Positions 25,966-36,935 of a stretch of DNA of 64,000 bases are shown here, piece after piece (within the stretch, counting starts at the first letter, position 1; each line of letters begins with the position of its first letter). Position numbers and translations under genes: made by a program. This DNA is from Octopus bimaculoides (lineage: Eukaryota), in NCBI RefSeq assembly GCF_001194135.2, contig NC_068985.1, forward strand, positions 31,512,761-31,576,760, given 5' to 3'. A model generated the notes under the pieces. The model had not been told where the DNA came from, did no database searches, and was given only the letters and a program-made list of their open reading frames with translations.

Positions 25966-27330
25966 CAGTGTATCTGTATATATTTATGCATGTATATGTG
26001 TACTGTGTGTGTATATGGATACACAGATGCATGCATGCACGAGCAAACATTTACGTACACACACACACACACACACATGCTCATGTCTGTGTGTCTATAT
26101 GTGCATACATTGCTATGTATGTTCTTATGCTTGCATATTTATGCATATACTTGTATATGTGGACAGTTATCCAATTGTTACTTAATATTCCTTACAACAA
26201 GCAACTAATATTCTGATAGACACTGTAAGTGGTTTGTATGTTGATGTTTCTGCACTGACATTCATTTTTATGCTTTAGTTTGGTTACTTTGGTGTTTCAT
26301 TTTTGTTGGCATTTTTATGCTGCCACTGCTGTTGCGGTATAATTGGATGTTTACATGTTGCAGTGAGACCATTCTCAAAAATGAACACATTTTGGTAGCT
26401 GCAATGTGACATCGCTTATTTCTTTTGTTTAGCAAGCACATTCATTGTATAAATATATTTTTCTGAAGCATACAAGGGGCACATACCAAAAACATATATA
26501 CTAGATGAACTTGCTGTAACCCGTTGGGTTACAACCACTCCAACTTGAAAATGTCGATGTGCAGCGGAAAAGGAAAAAATACTATTTTGAACATCATGTA
26601 ATAAAATTCTTAAATAATACAGTTCTACTACTTGTCATTTTGTATGCATCTATTAGTATTTAATGTTAGTGTAACCACTGTTCAGTTGCAAATAAAGAAT
26701 CAATAGACTATTCAGTTTAATAATAAAATTGTTTATTCAACACTTTTGCTGCAAACAAAAGCCAAACCTGTACAATTACTGCTTAGTTCAATGCCAGAAT
26801 TTGAAATTTCATTTTCTCATCAGTTTGTTATCTGTTAATGATATTATATATGGAATTGGTGTAGGTTTAGTCTTAACTAGACCTGGTCTCCATTTTTGAG
26901 CTCCAAGAAGCTTTACAGATTTATCATATCTCTGAAGTCTCACAGAAATTAAACACTAAAATTACATCTAATGTATATGACATATTTAGGTTCTCTTTTG
27001 TGAAGCTTCTTTTTTTTTTTCACAATATATTTCACTTTTGAAAACAGAGCAAGATTATAAAATTCCAGAGTCAGCAAGTTACACAATAAATTAAATGGAC
27101 AAAGTTGGCAAGATGCTTTATTAGAATCTTTTCTCAAAATGATCAGAATTCAATTTTAAAGTTAAATTCTAAAAATGTATTTGAGGCAGAGAAAATCTAT
27201 GGGTAAATTTTATTGTAGTTAAATATCAGTGAAAAATATATTGATATGCATCAAAATATATTTTTGAAATAATTATAATTAATATAATAAAAATAAATTC
27301 AAATGAATAGGGAAATCTGATGCACCAACA

Positions 27331-27398
27331 GAACAAAAATCAAGCAATCTAATCAGTGATTATTCCGTTTTTTAGATTGCCATCATAAATCTATATCC
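27331..27398 (-). promoter_or_regulatory. Candidate SECIS element in the SELENOS 3'UTR
   Basis: Sense strand: GGATA tagattt ATGAT GGCAATCTAA AAAA cggaataatcactga TTAGATTGCT TGAT ttt TGTTC. It has an AUGAU/UGAU quartet, a 10-bp helix II, unpaired As opening the apical loop and a possible cgg/ctg mini-stem. Helix I is weak. Confidence 0.75.
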
Positions 27399-28316
27399 AT
27401 CTATTTATTTGATTGAAAGTACAGATCATAAAATTAAGATAGAGGTAATTATAAATAATATAAGTAGGAATCTAAATTTACAATATCTTAAAAAGTTATC
27501 AAAATTTGTTTTTCATTAATTTAAATAATTATTTACACCTAAGCAATATCAGTAAATACAAGAATATCTCTAAGATAGAGATAAAAATTTTGATATTTCT
27601 GACAATGATTCAATATACACCACCACAATATCTGTATACAAATAGACTAAACACCAAATTATATTAAATATTCTATTGGTTGTATCATAGTTCAGTAGGT
27701 GTTACAGAGGAGGTAAACTTTTATAACATCAATCTATATCAAATTATTGTAAATATTTGTAGAGAGCTAACAACAAGAATAGTAACATAGAAGAAGAAGA
27801 AACAGAGCCTCGATATAAGATCAGTATTCAATTAATCATAGAAATAGATGGCTAGAAGGCTGTTTGTTGGTTTAGATCAGTTATTTGTTTTCTGTAGGAA
27901 TACAGCTCAGATACAGAAGCAGCAAATTATTATTTTCCATTTAACATCCTTTGGAGCTTGTCATGCTATAGGTAGACAAGGTTTCATTTAACTTATTGGA
28001 ATGGTTAGGATTATAAGATAATATCAAGTGTGGGAAAGGAAATGTCCTAGAGATTCCGATGTTCCAAATTAGGAGAGAAAAAATAATAATAGTAACTTAA
28101 CAGTAATTACAAATCAAATGATTTCTAGCTTAATCCAAATATATCCAAAACTTTTCCCAAATGCACTTATATATGTACACATATTTATGTATATATCTGC
28201 ACAAACAAAAATTAGTAAACTATACAAGGAAACTTTTGATCCATTGTAAAAATAGGACTGATAAATGGAATATATTTAAACTGGACTGCTCTGAACTGCA
28301 TAATCCTACAGAAAAT

Positions 28317-28399
28317 TTAACCTCATCCTCCTCTGGTATTAGACCGTCTAGGAGGGCGATAAGTTGATCCACTACCGTGACCCATCAATGGACGGTAAC
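28317..28399 (-). CDS. SELENOS: Selenoprotein S, last coding exon; in-frame TGA (28323-28325) read as selenocysteine
   Basis: Acceptor ttttatttttatacatttgcag|, then (G)YRPLMGHGSGSTYRPPRRSNTRGG-TGA-GGT-TAA. This parallels the human SELENOS C-terminus [28 protein letters not shown]. Confidence 0.9.
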
Positions 28400-29747
28400 C
28401 TGCAAATGTATAAAAATAAAAGAAGAAAATTCATTTAAAGTAAACTGAAACCACACAGAGAGCAAATATATTTTATTTTTCAATATTTTTCAGTACAACA
28501 AAATGAGTGCACATGACACTATTTATTCCAACTATTTGTGAAACACATTTCCATGAGAATAAATTGCAGGACTGGCCATGAGCTTATAATTTACTAGACA
28601 AGGCACATACACCAACTATGAAAATAGTTGCTTGAACTGTTATTAATATAAATATAAATATATATTAATACAAAAAGGCAAAAAAAGTTAGTCAAAAAGG
28701 AATAGTAGTGTCCATTACTTTTAAGTTAATCAGTATACTAGTGAAATAAATGTGGATGGAAAGGGAATTATAGAGGATTACACTTCTGGGAAAATAAGGG
28801 AGGCGGTGGATATATTAGTTGGAGGGGGTATGCAACTAGCTAATTCAGAGAAATGTAACACGTTGGTGAGTGAATCTTTGTATTCTTTTGGATGTGGTCT
28901 AGAATGTGGTCAAAGTGTCAGTTGTAGACAGGCAGGCTTTTGAGGCCAATGGATGTCTGTATCAGTTCTGTAGGATTCTGTTGGGGGTTGTAAGGGTAGC
29001 TGACTTCAAATGAGCTATGGATGATGGAAAGTTGCACAGTGTCTTCCCATATCTTTACAGTATTACTATTGCTGGACATACACGGGAGGGACAAAACCCA
29101 AATGTAAAGGAATTTCTGAAAGTCATTAACTAAAAGAACCATGAATTTTGAGGATTCAATTAATGTCCTTGGACACTGTGAGGGAATGGCATCATTAAGT
29201 CATATCCTGAGAGGTTTCTGCCACTACAAGGAATTCCACCTTCAGAAGATATGTGATCTGTAAGATAGGCACCTAGGATGTTTGCATATTATGCCAAGTG
29301 AACCTATGAGTTCTCTGATAAAATTCAACTGTTGATAAACACAAAGACATTTCTATTTTAAAAGAAGGCTCTGAGCACCTTTAACTTGCTGAAGAGGGAA
29401 TAGGAGGAAGCCACCCTGCACTTAGTGGATGAAAACTTACTCTTTGAGTTATGTATCAAAACCTCCTAGCCAATATGGGTGGGGGTAATCTCATAAAATT
29501 ATTTGATACTGGTAAATTTCCTCTTTACTTAAAGGGAAGAGTGTAATGTTCTATTATATAATATACATGCATGCAAATTTTCATATTTATAACTGGAAAT
29601 AGACTGGGCAATGATATAAATAACACATACAATGATATGATATTCTAGACTATAGCTAAACAATAGAGTTAAATAAAGCTTGGAAAACAGCCGCCAATAC
29701 TTTATGATTAATCAGAAGTCTTTCAAGACAAATATAAAATTACTTAC

Positions 29748-29805
29748 CATCCAAATGGTTCTTGTTTTTTGGCTTAGGTTTTTCAGGGGATTTCTCTTGG
29801 GAATT
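29748..29805 (-). CDS. SELENOS: Selenoprotein S, penultimate coding exon (58 bp)
   Basis: tttattttcaatag|NSQEKSPEKPKPKNKNHLD-G|gtaagt. The phase-1 end joins the last exon in frame across a 1348-bp GT-AG intron, and the Lys/Pro-rich disordered segment fits this position in SelS. Confidence 0.85.
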
Positions 29806-29964
29806 CTATTGAAAAATAAAAGTATTATTGAGTGTAAAATTACTTTATATAATGTTTAGCAGCAAATAAGAACTGAAATTCAATTTATATACTGATAACA
29901 AATAAATTTTAACAACTATCTGTACGTAATTCTAAATATTTCCACTGTTAGAAACCTCAAGCAT

Positions 29965-31490
29965 GCACTGACACAACGCATCATCTACAGTAATGTTATC
30001 AGTCATTCAATGACATTAACATTACATGTCATCTATCCCACACACATTGACAACCACACACTGACTTACAAAACTGCATTTACAGTACTGTGAACAACAG
30101 TACACTACTCATAATCTATAATAATGTCAACAACTACACAACAATAAGTTACATACTGTTTACAATTCTGTTAATAGCTACACACCAGCACACAATACAT
30201 CACCTACAATGTCAACAACTGTACATTGACATACCGCATGTCACTTGTAAATTTTGCCAACAACTGCAAAATGACTCACTGCACATCATCTACAGTATCG
30301 TCAATAACCATAAAATGAGATGTTACATATTTTCTACACATATGTCAATATCCACACACTGATACACTGCATGTCATTTACAGGATTGTCAACGAGCAAT
30401 GCTGAGTCAAGGTACATTATCTACTGTAATGCTAACAGACATAGAATAACATCCTCTCTAAACTAATATCAACAAGTTCACACTACTCAGCATTTGCAGT
30501 AAAGCCAACAGTTACAAACTGTAAATGATTAACATATTGTCAACAAGCACACAGTGACTCACAACATACCATTTAAAACATTGTGAACAGCACATTATAC
30601 ATCATTTACAATAATGTTAATAACTGCAAAACAATATTTTAAACATTGTTTACAGTATTGTTAATCACTACAGAACAGTACCCAATACATCATCAGCAAG
30701 TATGTCAGCAACTACATCTTAACACACCACATGTCATCTACTGTAATATCAAGAGTTAGTACATATCACTGACAGTTAAGTGGAAAATATAACACTGATA
30801 TACTACACATCATGTACAATAATGTCAATAACTACACAATGATATATTACTCAGCATCTACAGTTTTATTTATAACATCATACTGACATACTACATTATC
30901 TATAATAATGATTTATACATCATCTACAGTATTATCACCAATTACACACCAACTCTCTAAACATCAACTACAGTATTGTCAAGATTACACAAACACACTA
31001 CATGTCATCTACAGTAATATCAAAAACCATACACCGACACACTACATACCCTCTGCAGTGATATCAACAGTCAGAAATAACAGACTAATGACACACTGCA
31101 TCATATATGGTATTGTCAACAACCACAAAACAACACAACACTAATGTTAACAATCACACAGAGCATATCATCTATAGCAATAACAGCAACCTCTGTGATA
31201 GACCGTATATTATCAACTCTATTGCCAGGAACAGCAAATCAACATTAAAAAACTGTGTCATTAACATTCACATGATAGGTTATCTGCTGATCATTAAATG
31301 TAAAAGAAACTATGCCATTAAGGTACTGTCAACAAACCATCATTGACATATTGCAGTTGATGTACACATTAATTACAATACATTTAGCAACAACTGCCCA
31401 TATATTTATAGCCTGTGTAGCAACATTATCAGTAATCCATACATTTACAGCCTACACTATTTTAAAATATGCTCAAAATAACATTGTCTG
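29965..31490 (+). repeat. Degenerate minisatellite, unit about 41 bp (approx. acatcatctacagtattgtcaacaactacacactgacacact), roughly 35 copies
   Basis: catcatctaca(g)tattgtcaacaac recurs at about 40-bp spacing; the plus strand is strongly G-poor. Confidence 0.8.
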
Positions 31491-33425
31491 ACAAATTGCT
31501 TATAAGTAAAGTTGTCTACAACACACTACAAACCTTCCCATTGGACTATCCAAATATTATTAATTATTACTCATTAGAGTTGGCTTGGGTTAGAAGAGAT
31601 ATATTTAATCCCATTTCTTGATACGCACATCCGGTCCCCTCACAAAACCAACGTTGGTTGATATAAGTCATCAATAACATAAAAATGCTCATTAACAGTA
31701 ATTCTAGTCACTGATATGAGTTTTGGTCAGAAATCTAGTCCGGAATAATTAGAAAGGGCCATATTCAATTTTTCTTCAATGACTTGCAAGGAGCCATTAA
31801 TTTCCAATAAAGCACAAAGAAAAGCTGTGAGTATGGAATTACCTCTATATATGACCAAGGATCCAGTTTCCATGATAAAAAAACCCCAGTAAAACAAGAA
31901 AAATAAATTATTTCAGTGGTATTCAATTATACTTCATTGGAAGAGGCCAGTATATTGTAACTGGAGACATTGTCTGCTGTAATATCTTGTGACTGAATAC
32001 AGCCTGATGCTGTGATGTATACATATTGTCACGGAAGTAGCATGTCAAGCTTTTCATGGAAGAGGAAAAGAAGTCATTGCTGAGAAACTGTAATCCAATA
32101 TTGAGAGTCACTACCTAGAATAATACACAAAGATCTACTGCAGAAAAGAAATTGATGTCATCTTTTTTTCCTGCTCACTTGATGGACTAGTTTATAACAC
32201 TTGGCAAACGATAACTAAAAACACAAATTTCATGTCAGTTTAGCAGTTGCAAGAAAATAGGGAGGGAGAAAAACATTGTAATTTATCTTATAAAATATGA
32301 ATAAAAAGTAAATTACTGGTTCAGGAACAAAGTGGGGATTTTCTATATATTGTTTTCTTGGATATCATAAATGCCATTTGTAAGAAAATAGAGGTAGAGA
32401 AATAAATGGCATCTACTCAAAGAAAAATGCTTTTGCTTTTCATATGAACCAACCTATTTCTTCCCACAATTATAGTGACTAATTAGGAGTATGTTTTAAA
32501 TTAAGGATTTCTCGAGTATACTCACGGTTTCAAATTAGGAAGATATGCACACATTAATCCCTCAATAAAAAAATGCCATTAGACATGATATGAAACAAAG
32601 ACTTCAGCCTGAAATGGTCTGGAAACTGTTGGGTCATATAAGAACCATTCAAAGACATTATTTCCAAGCTGTGAAACTAGAGGGCAAAGCATAATACCAA
32701 ACTCCAGCCCTCTTTCAAGTTTACTGGTGGTGGTGGTGGTGGTGGGGAATTCAGACTCAGTTTCACAAGCATTTGTCAATTATCCATTCTTTCTGCTTCT
32801 CTGATTGGTCTAACCTAGTGAAAGTTATATGTCTTGGCAACAGGTTTCATAAAGCACTGACAACAGGATAAAATATAAATAAAAAAGCTCAGACAACCTT
32901 TAGAAATAATAGGCCAATATTCTTTTCAACCACATTAATATATCATTTGAAATAATGTTCGAACTATAAGCTAGCAGTTATTCATGATGGCAAATGAAAT
33001 GTAGCTTCATGAGATTACCCTTTCAGTGATAGTTGCTTCAGACACAAGTTGCATGATTTTGAGACCCCTGATTAGATTCTTCCTTGATCATTTATCATTT
33101 GTTCATCTGCCATTTACACACACACACACACACAATATCAACAGGAGTGAAGACAGGAGCCACCATATTGTTTTCCTTTGAAATTCACATTGCTATCCAC
33201 CTACAGCCTCCTTAACCTTTGAATCTTGAAAGTGTGTATGTGTATGTGTACAGACATACATATATGCTTACACACACACACACACACAAACACACATATG
33301 GACACACACACATGTACACACACACATGTACACTTATATATATGTATGTATGTATGTGTGTGTATAGATGTATGTGTATGTGTGTGTGCATGCGCATGTG
33401 TTTGTATGTGTGTGTAATGTGTATA

Positions 33426-33468
<43 letters not shown>

Positions 33469-34489
33469 AAAGAGCAATAAAAGAAATTCGTTAATATATG
33501 TGGTAAAAAGTATTGTGATGAATTAGATAACAATTTCTAAGAAATCCTATCTGTGTGTCATGTCTACATATTAGTAATATGATGAATGACAAAGGAGTTA
33601 CAGACAAATTTTCTATAAGTTCATCAACTTTGAGATATTTCTTATTCAGTTATTCTCTAACCCAAGCAGAGAAATAGTTGTGATGGAATAAAATGGGAAA
33701 AAAAGCCTTGATGAAGATAACAAAAAAATTATTATATTAAAAAGGATATGAATTGAAAAAGATATTTATTCAGAAAATAAATATCTATTGAATCAAAATG
33801 TTAAAAATCTGAAGTAAAATTTTAAACAACACAACACACACACATACACACATATATATGTATGTATACAGACACACACACACACTCAAATGCACACTTT
33901 TTTATTTCACTTTTTTATTTGGCATAAATTCTTTTACACTAAACACATCAGAACTACTGTATAACATTGTGGTGAATAGCTTTCTTGTCCTTTTGTGATA
34001 AAATTCAGGTCTCAAAAAAAAACAAAAAGGAAAATAAACCTAAATGCAATTACTTTCTATATAAATTAAGAAAGATTTTCAGATTTGATTAATGCAATAC
34101 AATATATNNNNNNNNNNNNNNNNNNNNNNNNNNNNNNNNNNNNNNNNNNNNNNNNNNNNNNNNNNNNNNNNNNNNNNNNNNNNNNNNNNNNNNNNNNNNN
34201 NNNNNNNNNNNNNNNNNNNNNNNNNNNNNNNNNNNNNNNNNNNNNNNNNNNNNNNNNNNNNNNNNNNNNNNNNNNNNNNNNNNNNNNNNNNNNNNNNNNN
34301 NNNNNNNNNNNNNNNNNNNNNNNNNNNNNNNNNNNNNATACATACATCCACACACATATACAGATATCCACATATGCACAATATATGTAAAACTTTTAAA
34401 AAATTCAGTGAAGATAAGCAAAGTCTTTCGTTCTACTATAGGTTTAAGAACAAATACTTTGCAAGTTAAAAAACTAAGATGAACATAAA

Positions 34490-35710
34490 AAGTTATAACC
34501 CAGTGTAAGCTATGGACACATAAGACATGCAACAGCATCAAAGGAAGATTAACTGGTAAGATAGCTTTCGTGTGCAGCAGATGCACAGGGGCAATAAACA
34601 CCACAGATCCCCAGAAAACAGACTCCATCACATGCCAGGGGGAAAAACTATAAGTTGTTGATAGCTTCCACTACCTAGGTGACCAAGTCTGTAGTGGGGG
34701 TGGATGCTCAGAGAGTGTTATCACTAGAATAAGAATAACCTGGGCAAAGTTCAGAAAGCTTCTACCCCTACTGGTGACAAAGGGCCTCTCACTCAGAGTG
34801 AAAGGTAGATTGTATGATGCATGTGTGCGAACTGCCATGCTTCATGGCAGTGAAACATGGGCTGTGACTGCTGAAGACATGTGTAGGTTTGAAAGAAATG
34901 AAACTAGCATGATATGCTGGATGTGTAATGACAGTGTGCACATGACAGAGTGTAAGTGCCCTGAGAGAAATGTTAGACATAAGAAGCATCGGATGTGGCA
35001 TGCAAGAGAGACATTTGCATTGGTATGGTGATGTACTGTGGATGGATGAGGAGAACTGTGTGAAGAAGTGCCACTCCCAAACAGTGGAAGGAATCCGAGG
35101 TAGAGAGAGACCCAGGAAGACATGGGATGAGGTGGTCAAGCATGACCTTCGAATGTTGAGCCTCACAGAGGCAATGACAAAAGACCGAGACCTCTGGAGG
35201 TATGCTGCAACTGAGAAGACCTGGCAAATAAAGTGAGTTCACAGCTGTAACCTACACCAGTGTCACATAACTAGCCCACTCAAAAGTAACTTGGATTGTA
35301 GGGCGACATGCCATGCTTGAGGAGACCTATTGAGTCAAGTACATCAACATCAATATCAAAATTAAATAAAATGGAAATTATAGTTGTGACGCCCCATGCC
35401 AGTAGCACATAAAAAGCACCATCTGAACGTGGCCGATGCCAGTGCCGCTTTGACTGGCTTCCATGACGGTGGCACGTAAAAAGCACCATCCAATTGTGGT
35501 TGATGCCAGCTCCTCTGGCCCCTGTGCTGGTGGCACATAAAAAGCACCCACTATACTCTCGGAGTGGTTGGAGTTAGGAAGGGCATCCAGCTGTAGAAAC
35601 ACTGCCAGATCAGATTGGGGCCTGGTCAGCCTCCTGGCTTCCCAGACCCCAGTCGAACCGTCCAACCCATGCCAGCATGGAAAACAGACGTTAGATGATG
35701 ATGATGATGA
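34490..35710 (+). mobile_element. 5'-truncated RTE LINE with 3'UTR module and (GAT)n tail
   Basis: QCKLWTHKTCNSIKGRLTGKIAFVCSRC..VDSFHYLGDQ..KGRLYDACVRTAMLHGSETW..RPRKTWDEVVKHDL; tail at 35696-35709. Confidence 0.92.
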
Positions 35711-36022
35711 CACATATAAATGTAAATGTTATAAAAGAAACATATTTACCACATTTACTCAAATAAAATGTTTGCTTGTTTTCACATCTGTTTTTACATG
35801 CAAGCACAGGTTATGTGAATATGTTATTGAGGCATTATTTTATAACCAGCAACCCTTCCTGTTGCTAACACTTACCTATTTTTCAAGTAAGTTTTCTGTT
35901 ATTACACTTATTTTCAAAGGCATAAAGCCAGCAGAAATGATAACAATGTCACAATCAGTAATTGAGTAATTTTTGGAGAGGCTCAAATAAAAACAATCAT
36001 ACACACACACACAAGCACACAT

Positions 36023-36057
<35 letters not shown>

Positions 36058-36589
36058 CACACACACACGCTTCTTTATACCTTCTTCACTGGGCTACTAT
36101 TTTGTGTTTTCGCAAGTAAAGAATGTTGATAGTTACTTCCCTTAAATATTTTGAAGTGAGGGCGAAAAGGTACAATGAAACAACTGAGATAAGGCAGAAT
36201 ACTGCTAGGTAAGAAATCCTGTAGGAAAGTGTGCTCAGAAAATTCTTTCAGGAAATAAAAATCTCAACAGAAATACATTCACAACCATTTAAAATTGCTT
36301 CTGTTGTAGTTTAGTTCCTCAAACTAAAGACCAGTAAATGACGAAACTACATCCATATCAAAGAGATATGTCAATTGTATTTGTCACATCTAATGAATGA
36401 TCTTTTAATTTCAGTATTTTGTACATCCCCTTAACTAATACTAACAACAGTAAGAGAAAGATCAGAGAGTTATTATTTCTGTTGGTAATTGTCATAGTGA
36501 AAGGCAGATTGCATGAGGCCTTCTCAATGAAGAGAGATACTACAAGGTAGTTAAATGTGAGTTGGGAATGCAGAGGATATGTATGCAAA

Positions 36590-36935
36590 GACTAGAAAGA
36601 AATGAAGCTTGTATGCTTTACTGGATGTGCAATGTCAGTGTGCATGTACAATAAAGTGTAAATATATTGAGAGAAATAACTGGGCATAAGAGACATCAAA
36701 TGGAGAATGCAACAGAGAAGACAGTGCTGGTATAAACATGTGATAGATGAGGTTAGCTGTATAAAGAAATGCTGATTTTCCAAATGAGGATGGAACTTGT
36801 GGAAGATGAAGACCCAGGAAGATGTGGGACAAAGTAGTGAAGATTGACTGCAGGATGTTGATGTTGAAACTCAGGAAAGAAATGACAAAGGACTGAAATG
36901 ATTTGTGATTTACTGTGCTTGAGAAAACCCATCTA
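36590..36935 (+). mobile_element. Older RTE 3' fragment; its terminal module is probably 37800-37950
   Basis: Aligns by eye with the other RTE copies (gaaatgaagctt..tggatgtgcaatgtcagtgtgcat..agacccaggaagatgtggg). Confidence 0.75.

Noticed and set aside
27930-28000. Alternative SECIS (ATGAA-accttgtc...gacaag...GGAT)
   Set aside because: Helix II is asymmetric and the apical loop lacks unpaired AA; much weaker than 27331-27398.
29965-31490. CRISPR array or coding repeat
   Set aside because: Eukaryotic context, degenerate units without unique spacers, and no long reading frame.
32579-32779. 66-aa minus-strand ORF as a SELENOS or other exon
   Set aside because: No SelS similarity in any frame and no convincing splice sites; contains a (GGT)n tract.
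35860-35985. Minus-strand peptide SKNYSITDCDIVIISAG resembling an LDH/MDH motif
   Set aside because: The frame ends in TAG at the apparent donor, the following residues do not match, and no companion exons were seen.
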